From the IMG/VR virus record IMGVR_UViG_3300027659_000015, positions 32,001 to 96,000 of that record: 64,000 bases of DNA. One strand, written 5' to 3'. The position numbers and the translations under genes are program-made. Origin of the DNA: a virus. The notes beneath the pieces were generated by a model that was given only the letters and a program-made list of their open reading frames with translations, ran no database searches and had not been told where the DNA came from. Position 1 is the stretch's first letter; each line of letters opens with the position of its first letter. Below are positions 20,758-30,981 of the stretch, in pieces.

Positions 20758-21231
20758 ATGTCAAACACAGCAATACAGTTAAAAAAATCAGGCGTAACAG
20801 GAAACACACCATCAGGTCTTGCATTTGGTGAGGTTGCTCTCAACTACGCCGATGGAAAACTGTATTATAAAAACAGTCTTGGTGGTAGTTCATATATTAG
20901 TAACCAATTCTCGTTTGATACAATCAACTCAAACAACTCCCTAATACTTGCGGGAGGCATTTCAGACACTCTGTCTATTGCTGCTGGTAATAATATAACC
21001 ATCAGTACTAATACCACCACAAAAACAATCACAATCAATGCTGTTGATTCTGTTACAGATGCGAGAGCATATGCACATGCCAATGCTGCGTATGCGTCTC
21101 AAAATACAACACTATCCTTTGCTACCGCAGCGTTTATTCAGGCTAATGCAGCCTTTGCCAAAGCAAATACGGGAACAACAGCTCTCGATGTGAACTCCGA
21201 TATTGTTGCATTTACTATCGCATTTAGTTGA
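20758..21231 (+). CDS. Mtd_N-like connector protein with hydrophobic C-terminal tail
   Basis: IQLKKS...GEVALNYADGKLYY N-terminus, ANAAF heptads, ends DIVAFTIAFS. Confidence 0.7.
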   Translation: MSNTAIQLKKSGVTGNTPSGLAFGEVALNYADGKLYYKNSLGGSSYISNQFSFDTINSNNSLILAGGISDTLSIAAGNNITISTNTTTKTITINAVDSVTDARAYAHANAAYASQNTTLSFATAAFIQANAAFAKANTGTTALDVNSDIVAFTIAFS

Positions 21232-21262
21232 TGTAATAAATAGAAGATAATAGGAAATTCAA

Positions 21263-21589
21263 ATGGCAAATACATTTAAAAATCAAGTAAAGGCGGCAGT
21301 AGGAACATCACCACAGACCATCTATACTACTGCTGTTGGTGTATCAACTACAATCATTGGTATGACGATTGCTAATCTACTGAACACAACAATAACGGCA
21401 AATGTAATTCTAAACTCTGGTGGTACAGACTATTACATGGTTAAAATGGCACCAATTGATCCAGGTAATTCTTTGATTACTATTGGTGGTGAACAAAAAT
21501 TAGTAATGACAGCCAACGATGTACTTAAAGTTTCAACAAGTAATGCTTCATCAGCTGATGTTATTTTAAGTTTATTGGAATTAACATAG
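21263..21589 (+). CDS. Small fibre adaptor protein (paralogue of 39069..39425)
   Basis: MANTFKN...TIIGMTIAN...KLVMTANDVLKV...ILSLLELT; late promoter and AGGA SD upstream. Confidence 0.7.
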   Translation: MANTFKNQVKAAVGTSPQTIYTTAVGVSTTIIGMTIANLLNTTITANVILNSGGTDYYMVKMAPIDPGNSLITIGGEQKLVMTANDVLKVSTSNASSADVILSLLELT

Positions 21590-21590
21590 T

Positions 21591-21857
21591 ATGAAATTCG
21601 CATACATTGGTGACCAAGGAAATAAAGAAATACGGATAGTTGGAACTACCGCCAACAGTTCTTTCCAAAAAGCCAATTCAGCAGCAGTTGCCGCACAAGC
21701 GGCCTTCAATCAGGCCAATGCTGCATATGCCTATGCAAATACCGGTGGTGCTGGTGGAACCACAATTAATAATTATCTTGGTTTTCCTTTCCTTGATTTA
21801 GGTTTCATTAGTGAACCTATAGAGAATCGAACAGTTGATTGTGGAACACTAGCATAA
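21591..21857 (+). CDS. Short linker fibre protein (YIG start, DCG end)
   Basis: 88 aa, MKFAYIG..., ANxAF heptads, ends VDCGTLA. Confidence 0.65.
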   Translation: MKFAYIGDQGNKEIRIVGTTANSSFQKANSAAVAAQAAFNQANAAYAYANTGGAGGTTINNYLGFPFLDLGFISEPIENRTVDCGTLA

Positions 21858-21886
21858 ATATTAAATAATATACGGATTAACCATTC

Positions 21887-24800
21887 ATGTCTACACAGTT
21901 ACAATTTAGAAGAGGTAATACGACACAGACAAGTGCCTTCACGGGTGCTGTGGCCGAAATTACCGTCAACACGGACAATTATAGCATTGTTGTACATGAT
22001 GGAAATACTCCTGGTGGTTTCCAGGTATCAACGGCAGCACAAGGTGCAGCTACTTTAAGTATCGCTACTGGTGCTTTCACCAAAGCCAATGCGGCTTTTG
22101 AAGCAGCCAATAATGTGGCACCACAAATTGCACCGGCTTTTAATACTGCCAATTCGGCAGGTATCTATGCTAACGGTGCCTTTACACAAGCAAATGCTTC
22201 TTATGGTCAATCAAATTCTGCTGCATCATATGCCAACTCAGCATTCACGGCAGCCAATACTGCTGATAGTAAAGCAGTTACTTCTGGTTCATATGCTAAT
22301 TCCGCTTTAACGGCAGCCAATACGGCAGAGTCAAAAGCGATAACAGCAGGATTATATGCCAACTCAGCTTTCACAGCAGCCAATACTGCTGATAGTAAAG
22401 CAGTAACAGCCGGCAGTTATGCCAACTCAGCGTTCAATACGGCTAATTCAGCATTTGATGTAGCTAATTCAGCAAGTATCTATGCTAACGGTTCTTTCAA
22501 TCAAGCCAATGCTTCATATGGCCAAGCAAACTCTGCTTCGTCATATGCTAATGCTGCTTTCTCTACGGCAAATTCTAAATTTAATTCATCTGGCGGTACA
22601 ATATCAGGTGACACACTCGTTGCTGGTAATCTAACTGTTACAGGTACAACATTCTATGCTAATACAGTAAACTTATTAGTAAAAGATAATATCATTACAT
22701 TAAATTCTAATGTAACTGGTACACCAACACAAGATTCTGGTATTGAAGTTAATCGTGGCAATCAAACAAACACAGCTTTGATATGGAGTGAATCTAAGAA
22801 ATACTGGCAGTTCACTAATGATGGTACGAACTATAGTAATATAGCTGCTTCATCAGCAGAATCATACGCTAACTCAGCATTCATTAAATCTAATTCATCA
22901 TATGGTCAGGCCAATTCAGCATCATTATATGCTAATGGAGCCTTTGAACAGGCTAATGCAGCATTTGCATCAGCTAATAATGTAGCACCACAAGTTGCAC
23001 CAGCATTTAGTACTGCAAATTCGGCTGCCTTGTATGCTAATAGTGCATTTGTCCAGGCCAATGCTTCATATGAAAAGGCAAACTCAGCTGGCATTTATGC
23101 TAATGGTTCTTTCATACAATCAAATTCTTCTTTTGGTACTGCCAATTCTGCGGCAAGTTACGCTAACTCAGCCTTCTTAGCAGCCAACACAGCAGATAGT
23201 AAAGCAGTAACAGCTGGTAGTTATGCTAATTCATCTTTCTTGGCCGCAAATACTGCTGATTCCAAGGCAGTAACAGCAGGTTCGTATGCTAACTCATCTT
23301 TCTTAGCAGCAAATACGGCAGATAGTAAAGCAATAAGTGCTGGCAGTTATGCTAACTCAGCATTTATAGCAGCCAATATAGCTGACAATAAGGCGGTAAC
23401 GACAGGTATATACGCCAACTCAGCCTTCTTAGCAGCCAATACGGCAGATTCAAAGGCAGTAAATGCCGGATCATATGCTAACTCAGCCTTTACATCAGCT
23501 AATACAGCAGACAGCAAGGCAGTAACAGCAGGATTATATGCTAACTCAGCATTCACGGCAGCCAATACGGCAGATTCAAAGGCAGTAACAGCAGGTTCTT
23601 ATGCTAACTCAGCCTTTACAGCAGCTAATACGGCAGATTCAAAGGCAGTAACAGCAGGTTCTTATGCTAACTCAGCATACACTCAGGCAAATACTGCCAC
23701 CACTAATGCAGCAACTGCTGATTCTAAAGCAGTAACATCAGGTAGTTATGCTAATTCAGCATTCACAGCAGCTAATACGGCAGATTCAAAGGCAGTAACA
23801 GCAGGTTCTTATGCTAACTCAGCCTTTACAGCAGCTAATACGGCTGATTCTAAAGCTGTTTCTGCTGGTACATATGCTAACTCTGCATATGCTCGTGCTA
23901 ATAATAGTATCAATGCAAATACTGGTGGTACAATTACCGCAGATTTGATTATTACTGGTAACTTAACAGTTCAAGGTAATACGACTTATGTTAATACACA
24001 AACAATCGCCACACAAGACTCGTTAATTCGTCTTGCTAATAATAATACTATTGGTGATACAGTTGATATTGGTATTTACGGTGCATATAATCCTGGTGGT
24101 GGTGTAAAGTATACCGGTCTTGTTAGACAAGCTGGTGCAAATTATTTCTTATTTCAAAATTTAACTACTGACCCAACCGCAAACGTATTATCTCCGGGGT
24201 CATTGACTGCTGCTAACACAGGCACATTGACTGCCAATTTAACATCGTATGCTGTTTCAATTAATGGTATTGATGTTGAAACAAATCAAACTAGAATTTT
24301 TACACAAGCAAATTCAGCATTTGCAACTGCTAATTCTGCTGGTGTTTATGCCAACTCTGCCTTTACTGCAGCTAATATATCAGACTCTAAGGCAGTTACG
24401 GCTGGCAATTATGCCAACTCGGCATTCACGGCAGCCAATACTGCTGATAGTAAAGCAGTTTCTGCTGGTTCATATGCCAACTCAGGATATATTCAAGCAA
24501 ATACGGCTACTACCAATGCAGCAACGGCTGATAGCAAAGCAGTAACAGCTGGTTCATATGCCAATTCAGCATTTGGTGTTGCTAATACTGCTGTAAGCAA
24601 TGCAGCTGGTGCTTCTCTGTATGCTAATGGCGCTTTCAGTCAAGCAAATGCCGCTTACGCAGCAGCTAATGCAGCAGGATCTAGTGCAACAGTTGTTGCT
24701 GCCTTCATACAAGCAAACTCGGCATTTGGTACGGCAAACTCAGCAGCACTCTATGCTAATGCTGCGTTCTTAGCAGCCAACAATTCTTCAGATTCTTGGG

Positions 24801-25867
24801 TTAGAGGTCAAGCAAATGCGGCCTTCATACAAGCCAATGCAGCATTCGCAGTAGCCAATTCTGGTTCAGGATCAGCATCATCTGGTGTGTATGCTAACGG
24901 TGCTTTTGCTCAAGCCAATGCAGCATTCAATAAGGCAAATACACTTACAACTACCGGTTATGTTGATGCGTTTACCGCTGATGGTGCCAACAGTAGTTTC
25001 GTATTGTCAACGATACCGGCTAATAAGAATGTAACCTTTGTTGCTGTACAAGGTGTCTTACAACCTAAATCAACATACAGTTTAACTGGTTCTACATTAA
25101 CATTTGATTCGATTCCACCCAATACTGCTATTATTGAAGTTACAACTCTAGTAACAACTGGTGGTAGTAATGCTGGTGGTGCAGGAAATATAACATACAG
25201 AAGTTATACAGGTAATAATACAACATCAAGTTTTACCGTAACTTCTGGTATGACCGCCAACACAATATTCGTGGCAGAAAACGGTATTCTACAAAGACCA
25301 GGTACAGATTATACAGTATCAGGTACAACTCTAACATTCAATACAACTCCAGCTACTGATGTTGATATTCAAGTCCGTGAATTGTCATTAGGTGGTGATC
25401 CAAGTTTTGCTTTTGATGCAGCTAACTCAGCAGGATTATATGCTAACGCTGCCTTCTTAGCAGCCAATAATGCTTCCGATTCATGGGTCAGAAATCAGGC
25501 GAATGCTGCATTTGGTACGGCTAACTCAGCAGCATCGTATGCTAACTCAGCATTTGCAGCAGCTAATACATCTTCAATTACATGGTCTATTGTAAATACA
25601 AACAGTACAATGGCAGCGAGACAAGGTTATTTTGTTGATACAACAACTGCTCCTATAACAATGACACTACCAACAAGTGCAACACTAGGTGATACTATTC
25701 GTATCAATGATTTGGCGGGAACATTTAGTGCAAATAATTTAACAGTAGCAAGAAATGGTCATAAGATTCAAGGTATTGCTAACGATTTATTAGTGAACGT
25801 AAACCAAAGTAGTTTTGGTTTGGTATACAGTAACAGTACATACGGCTGGAAGGTAATAGAACTATAA
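21887..25867 (+). CDS. Long fibre shaft protein with major-tropism-determinant N-terminal (Mtd_N-like) domain and extensive heptad repeats
   Basis: MSTQLQFRRGNT...FTGAVAEITVNTD...VVHDG.TPGG; ANSAFTAANTADSKAVTAGSY repeats; two beta-sandwich domains; C-terminal GYFVDTT...LTVARNG..IQG...YGW domain. Confidence 0.85.
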   Translation: MSTQLQFRRGNTTQTSAFTGAVAEITVNTDNYSIVVHDGNTPGGFQVSTAAQGAATLSIATGAFTKANAAFEAANNVAPQIAPAFNTANSAGIYANGAFTQANASYGQSNSAASYANSAFTAANTADSKAVTSGSYANSALTAANTAESKAITAGLYANSAFTAANTADSKAVTAGSYANSAFNTANSAFDVANSASIYANGSFNQANASYGQANSASSYANAAFSTANSKFNSSGGTISGDTLVAGNLTVTGTTFYANTVNLLVKDNIITLNSNVTGTPTQDSGIEVNRGNQTNTALIWSESKKYWQFTNDGTNYSNIAASSAESYANSAFIKSNSSYGQANSASLYANGAFEQANAAFASANNVAPQVAPAFSTANSAALYANSAFVQANASYEKANSAGIYANGSFIQSNSSFGTANSAASYANSAFLAANTADSKAVTAGSYANSSFLAANTADSKAVTAGSYANSSFLAANTADSKAISAGSYANSAFIAANIADNKAVTTGIYANSAFLAANTADSKAVNAGSYANSAFTSANTADSKAVTAGLYANSAFTAANTADSKAVTAGSYANSAFTAANTADSKAVTAGSYANSAYTQANTATTNAATADSKAVTSGSYANSAFTAANTADSKAVTAGSYANSAFTAANTADSKAVSAGTYANSAYARANNSINANTGGTITADLIITGNLTVQGNTTYVNTQTIATQDSLIRLANNNTIGDTVDIGIYGAYNPGGGVKYTGLVRQAGANYFLFQNLTTDPTANVLSPGSLTAANTGTLTANLTSYAVSINGIDVETNQTRIFTQANSAFATANSAGVYANSAFTAANISDSKAVTAGNYANSAFTAANTADSKAVSAGSYANSGYIQANTATTNAATADSKAVTAGSYANSAFGVANTAVSNAAGASLYANGAFSQANAAYAAANAAGSSATVVAAFIQANSAFGTANSAALYANAAFLAANNSSDSWVRGQANAAFIQANAAFAVANSGSGSASSGVYANGAFAQANAAFNKANTLTTTGYVDAFTADGANSSFVLSTIPANKNVTFVAVQGVLQPKSTYSLTGSTLTFDSIPPNTAIIEVTTLVTTGGSNAGGAGNITYRSYTGNNTTSSFTVTSGMTANTIFVAENGILQRPGTDYTVSGTTLTFNTTPATDVDIQVRELSLGGDPSFAFDAANSAGLYANAAFLAANNASDSWVRNQANAAFGTANSAASYANSAFAAANTSSITWSIVNTNSTMAARQGYFVDTTTAPITMTLPTSATLGDTIRINDLAGTFSANNLTVARNGHKIQGIANDLLVNVNQSSFGLVYSNSTYGWKVIEL
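23162..23875 (+). repeat. 63-bp (21-aa) tandem repeat array: 10 units plus one 84-bp unit
   Basis: Units encode ANSAFxAANTADSKAVxAGxY; 714 bp = 10x63 + 84; e.g. TACGGCAGATTCAAAGGCAGTAACAGCAGGTTCTTATGCTAACTCAGC at 23566, 23629 and 23776. Confidence 0.9.
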
Positions 25868-28800
25868 TGGCAACGACAAATTTAACGAATTTAAAAGCAA
25901 ATGCTTTTACTGATGTTGTAAGTACAATTGTAAATACAACTAGTATTATATCTACAACTCCAAAAGTTACAAGTATAACTTATCCAGGAAATGATACTGC
26001 GGCTAATACAGGTGGTGGACAAACAATTACATTAACTGGAACAGGATTTAGTTCAGGTGCTTCGATTCTTATCAATGCTACATATGCTGGTGTTGTAACA
26101 GTAGTCAGTAATACAACTATAACATTCACTTCACCAGCACAAAATGCTGGTACTTACACACTATATGTTATTAATTCTGATGGTGGTACAGCCATTTCTA
26201 TTCCTGGTATTAGTTATAGTGGAACACCAACATGGACAACTGCGGCTGGTACTTTAGGAACAAGTTACGAAACTGCTGCAATCAGTAACAGTTTGACTGC
26301 AACTGGTGATCCAACAATCAGTTATAGTTTATATTCAGGTACATTACCACCAGGAAGTTCATTGAATTCTTCAACTGGTTTATTATCTGGAACATCACAA
26401 GCAACAGCTAGTTCCACAACTTATAACTTCACAATTCGTGCTACTGATGGACAGAATCAGGACACAGATAGAGCATTTAGTATTACCATAAGTCCAGATG
26501 TTGTAAGTTGGAGTTCTCCTGCGGATAATTCCAGCACTTCTGTGTATGAATATGCTACAATAACACCAGTCACACTAGCCGCTTCTAGTGCAGCAGGTAA
26601 ATCTATTACATATACAGCGAATACTTTACCAACAGGTTTGACGATAAGTGGTAATACAATTTCTGGAACACCGACTGTAGTTGCTAATACGTTTACACAA
26701 GTTACTGCTAATTCAGCAAACACTTTCAGAACAGCCACTAAAAATATTAGTTTCATTGTTAATCCGGATGTAGTCACTTGGAGTTCACCTGCTGACGGTA
26801 CAAGTACCTCTTTGTTTGCAGATACAGCAATGTCAAATGTTACATTGAGTGCAGCTTCTGCGGCAGGTAAATCAATCACATATAGTGCGAATACTTTACC
26901 AACCGGAGTTACTATTACTGGTGCGGTAGTTAATGGAACACCAACTGTTCCTGGAACAACTAATAGTTTGATTACAGCAACAGCTGCAACGACAAATAGA
27001 ACTGCTACAAGAAACTTTACATGGGTAGTTAGTGTTGCTAACGATACTTACTTTAAATATACCACCTTGTTATTGAACGGTGAAACAACTTCTAATTCAT
27101 TCATTGCTGATGCAAGTACAAATAGTTTTGGATCAAATATTAATGGTGATACAAAACCTGTGTTGTTTAATCCATATCAAGGCGATGGGTATTATAGTAA
27201 TTACTTTGATGGTACCGGGGATTATCTATCGCTATCGTCTGCTATAGTGCCGGCTACTGGTAATTTCACTATTGAATTTTGGATTTATAGCTTGACCAAT
27301 GCAGGCTCAGCCCAACGTGCAGTTTATGCTCAGTATTCAGGTGGCACGAGCGGACGATTTATGTTTGGTCTAGACCAAAGTTCCTCTTCTAGAATTTGGC
27401 TACATTATAATGGTACCGACTACGTTGGAACGACCAATGGCATACTTCCTAATACTTGGACGCATCTTGCTTTAGTAAGAAACGGAGATGTATTCAATAT
27501 GTATGTGAATGGTGCACTGAACGCTACTAACACTTTTGCAGGCGCATCATTACAACAAATTGCTGGCAACATTGGTGGTATGGGTGGCAGTTTTAATGTT
27601 AATGCACAAGTTAGCAACTTACGAATTGTAGTCGGCACCGCAGTCTACACCGCTGCATTCACTCCAAGCACAACACCATTAACAGCGATAGCAAACACAA
27701 GTTTATTAACATGCCAAAGTAATAGATTTATTGATAACTCAACTAACAATTTTGCAATCACTAAAGTAGGTGATACAACAATATCACCCAACATACCATT
27801 CACTGCAAACGCTAGTTACAGCACTTATGGTAGCACATACTTTGATGGTACTGGGGATTATTTAAGTATAGCAAGCAATAGTGCATTTGCTTTTGGAACA
27901 GGTGATTTTACTGTTGAAGGATGGTATTATTCAACTGCCGGAAATGGAAGATTTACTTTATATGATTCTGGTTCAGGTGGCGGAAACGGACAATTTTCTA
28001 TATTCCAAGATAGTGCTTCTGGTTTTTATGTACGCATGGGAGGTGATATAACGTATGCATCTCCTCCAGGAAATAATCAATGGGTTCATTTTGCTGTAAC
28101 AAGATCCGGTACAACTGTAAGATTATTTTTTAATGGAATATTGGCTGTTAGCGGAACTCAATCTACTAATATAACAAACAATACACCGTACATTGGTTTA
28201 TTAAATGGATATGGTTATCCAATGAATGGTTATATTTCTGATTTGAGAGTAGTTAAAGGTACCGCAGTATACACAACAACCTTTACACCACCTACATCAC
28301 CACTAACAGCAATAGCAAACACAAGTTTACTAACACTACAATACAACGGTGGCGCAACTAATCAAGGTATTATAGACAACAGTAATTTCAACAATATTAT
28401 CACACGTAATGGTAACACAAGTCAAGGCACATTTAGTCCTTATAGTGTGACAGGTTGGAGTAATTACTTTGATGGTACAGGCGACTATATTAATGCAGGT
28501 TCGGGTGCATCGGTAAATATGACTGGTGATTTCACAGTTGAAATGTGGATATATGGTACTAATACAAGTTGGACTGGCGGAGATGTAATTGGCGCCACTT
28601 GTTTGGTGGACACAAGAGACCAATCAAACGCTACAGAAAATAATCGACTTGCACTTTCCATGAACAGTACTGGATCATATCCTAGTTTCTATAATGCGGG
28701 AACAAATGTATCAACCGCTTCAACTATTCCAGCTAATGTTGGTGTGTGGAATCATATTGCTTATTCACGCAGTGGTTCTACTATAAAGATTTTTGTAAAT

Positions 28801-30981
28801 GGTGTTCAAGGCGCTAGTTTTACGGATAGTACAGCATTCACGGCTGTAAGATGGGTTATTGGTATGTATGCATCTCAATCAGGTGGTACTAATAATAGAG
28901 GTGGATTTATAGGTTATATTTCCAACCATCGTATAATTAATGGTACTGCACTTTATACAACAGCATTTACCCCACCCACATCACCGTTAACTGCAATATC
29001 TGGTACAAGTTTATTAACTTGCCAATCAAATAGATTTATTGATAAATCAACTAATAATCTTACACTTACTAAAGCAGGTGATGTTTCAGTTCAAGCCTTT
29101 GGTCCATTCGGTGGTATAAGTGAAGCAGTGCCAATAAGTTATAGTAACTACTTTGATGGTACTGGGGATTATTTAACTGTACCGGACAATGTTGTCTTAC
29201 AATTAGGATCTGGTGATTTCACTGTCGAATTTTGGATTAATTATAATTCTATTACGGGATATCAGTCACCTTTCACTAAAGGTTACACCGCCGCAGGTGA
29301 TATCTTGCTTCAAACAGGTAACGGTAACGGAGCACTCATAGTTTATCTGAGTGGATCAGTAGTCATCACAGAATCTACCGGAGCAAGTATCGGGACGTGG
29401 TATCACTATGCATTGGTACGAAGCGGAACAACAGTAACATTATATCGTGATGGAGTGTCACGTGGGACTGCAACCAGTTCAGTCAACTTTAACACTACAA
29501 ATCAATTAGGCATAGGTGCAACAGGCAAAGCACCAGGTGGCGGAGCAATTGGTGATTTCACAATCAACGGATACATGAGTAATTTTCGTGTAGTCAAAGG
29601 TACCGCAGTATACACAACGGCATTCACACCAAGTACAACTCCATTAACAGCGATAGCAAATACAAGTTTATTAACCTGTCAATCAACTAGAATGATTGAT
29701 AATAGTACTAATGCATTTACAATAACTGCTGCCGGCAATGTTGTGCCAAGAATATTCAACCCATTCGGATACACCGCACAGAGTGCAACAAGTTATACCC
29801 CAAGTTTGCATGGTGGTAGTGCATACTTTGATGGTACTGGGGATTATTTAAATATACCATACTCACCATCATTTAATTTTGGGACAGGAAACTTTACTGT
29901 TGAAGGATGGATTTATTTAAACTCACTGGCTTCTAGTTATTATGTAATGGCCGGTACATACACTACAGGAACTACAGACGAATGGCTAATTCAAATTTCT
30001 AACGGAAACACGATTAGATTTTTGACTTCTGTGGGAACTTCTTTTTATTCCGCAACAATAACAACTAGCACTTGGTATCACATTGCCGCTGTTCGAAATG
30101 GGTCAACAATAACTTTATATGTAAATGGTACGAGCGTTGGTAGTTATACCAACTCCAATTCAATTGGTTCTGTATCTAAAGTTTTATACATTGGTGTTCA
30201 AAACATCAGCACTTGGCCAATGAATGGTTACATAGACGACCTAAGAATAACTAATGGTACGGCAATATACACCAGTAACTTTGTACCACCTACAACACCA
30301 TTGACAAACTACTCTACAGCTTATCCTGCAAGTCTATTGTTGAATTTCAATAACGGTGGTATAATAGACCAACATTCTACAAATGTATTAGAGACGGTGA
30401 GTAATGCACAGTTAAGCACTGCGGTTAAGAAGTATGGTAACGCTAGTATGTATTTTGATGGTACCGGGGATTACCTTTATGGGTCTCCAAACCAGACTTT
30501 TAATTTATCAGTAGGTGATTTTACAGTAGAACTTTGGGTATATTTTACCGGCTCTAATAACAGTAGAGGAATATGGGCAGTTGGTAATGCAAGTAGAAGT
30601 GGTGTATGTCTTAATATAAGCGCTACCGGTCGCATTCAAAGTGTGTATGGTGACGGTGTGAACTGTACTTACACAGACGGCACGACTGTTGTACAATTGA
30701 ATACATGGAATCATATTGCTCTTTCTAGAGCTGGGTCTACTAATAGGATGTATCTTAATGGTGTTTTGGAAAATACATTTACATCATCTAATTTTGGAGC
30801 CGGATCATATTCGGGTTATGTTGGAGATGGTTGGGGAATAAGTTCTGGTAATTTAGTCTTTATGTCTGCTGCGGCCTCAGGACCAATTTTAGGATATATA
30901 GATGACTTCAGAATCACTAAAGGATACGCCCGTTACACAAGTAACTTCACCGCCCCAACAAGTGCGTTGATAACCAAGTAA
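25867..30981 (+). CDS. Adhesin A: IPT/TIG and Ig-like domains followed by six LamG/concanavalin-A-like modules
   Basis: GGQTITLTGTGF (IPT), LPPGSSLN/LPTGLTI (putative Ig), six YFDGTGDY...FTxExW...WxHxAxxR...Y/FxNG...RxxxG modules. Confidence 0.85.
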   Translation: MATTNLTNLKANAFTDVVSTIVNTTSIISTTPKVTSITYPGNDTAANTGGGQTITLTGTGFSSGASILINATYAGVVTVVSNTTITFTSPAQNAGTYTLYVINSDGGTAISIPGISYSGTPTWTTAAGTLGTSYETAAISNSLTATGDPTISYSLYSGTLPPGSSLNSSTGLLSGTSQATASSTTYNFTIRATDGQNQDTDRAFSITISPDVVSWSSPADNSSTSVYEYATITPVTLAASSAAGKSITYTANTLPTGLTISGNTISGTPTVVANTFTQVTANSANTFRTATKNISFIVNPDVVTWSSPADGTSTSLFADTAMSNVTLSAASAAGKSITYSANTLPTGVTITGAVVNGTPTVPGTTNSLITATAATTNRTATRNFTWVVSVANDTYFKYTTLLLNGETTSNSFIADASTNSFGSNINGDTKPVLFNPYQGDGYYSNYFDGTGDYLSLSSAIVPATGNFTIEFWIYSLTNAGSAQRAVYAQYSGGTSGRFMFGLDQSSSSRIWLHYNGTDYVGTTNGILPNTWTHLALVRNGDVFNMYVNGALNATNTFAGASLQQIAGNIGGMGGSFNVNAQVSNLRIVVGTAVYTAAFTPSTTPLTAIANTSLLTCQSNRFIDNSTNNFAITKVGDTTISPNIPFTANASYSTYGSTYFDGTGDYLSIASNSAFAFGTGDFTVEGWYYSTAGNGRFTLYDSGSGGGNGQFSIFQDSASGFYVRMGGDITYASPPGNNQWVHFAVTRSGTTVRLFFNGILAVSGTQSTNITNNTPYIGLLNGYGYPMNGYISDLRVVKGTAVYTTTFTPPTSPLTAIANTSLLTLQYNGGATNQGIIDNSNFNNIITRNGNTSQGTFSPYSVTGWSNYFDGTGDYINAGSGASVNMTGDFTVEMWIYGTNTSWTGGDVIGATCLVDTRDQSNATENNRLALSMNSTGSYPSFYNAGTNVSTASTIPANVGVWNHIAYSRSGSTIKIFVNGVQGASFTDSTAFTAVRWVIGMYASQSGGTNNRGGFIGYISNHRIINGTALYTTAFTPPTSPLTAISGTSLLTCQSNRFIDKSTNNLTLTKAGDVSVQAFGPFGGISEAVPISYSNYFDGTGDYLTVPDNVVLQLGSGDFTVEFWINYNSITGYQSPFTKGYTAAGDILLQTGNGNGALIVYLSGSVVITESTGASIGTWYHYALVRSGTTVTLYRDGVSRGTATSSVNFNTTNQLGIGATGKAPGGGAIGDFTINGYMSNFRVVKGTAVYTTAFTPSTTPLTAIANTSLLTCQSTRMIDNSTNAFTITAAGNVVPRIFNPFGYTAQSATSYTPSLHGGSAYFDGTGDYLNIPYSPSFNFGTGNFTVEGWIYLNSLASSYYVMAGTYTTGTTDEWLIQISNGNTIRFLTSVGTSFYSATITTSTWYHIAAVRNGSTITLYVNGTSVGSYTNSNSIGSVSKVLYIGVQNISTWPMNGYIDDLRITNGTAIYTSNFVPPTTPLTNYSTAYPASLLLNFNNGGIIDQHSTNVLETVSNAQLSTAVKKYGNASMYFDGTGDYLYGSPNQTFNLSVGDFTVELWVYFTGSNNSRGIWAVGNASRSGVCLNISATGRIQSVYGDGVNCTYTDGTTVVQLNTWNHIALSRAGSTNRMYLNGVLENTFTSSNFGAGSYSGYVGDGWGISSGNLVFMSAAASGPILGYIDDFRITKGYARYTSNFTAPTSALITK
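27730..27821 (+). repeat. 92-bp exact repeat, copy 1 (copy 2 at 32995-33086), inter-module scaffold
   Basis: ATTGATAACTCAACTAACAATTTTGCAATC...GCTAGTTACAG identical in both adhesin genes. Confidence 0.9.

Noticed and set aside
23162-23875. CRISPR-like array
   Set aside because: Units are contiguous, in-frame coding repeats varying at synonymous sites; no unique spacers and no cas genes. The same applies to 40606-40917
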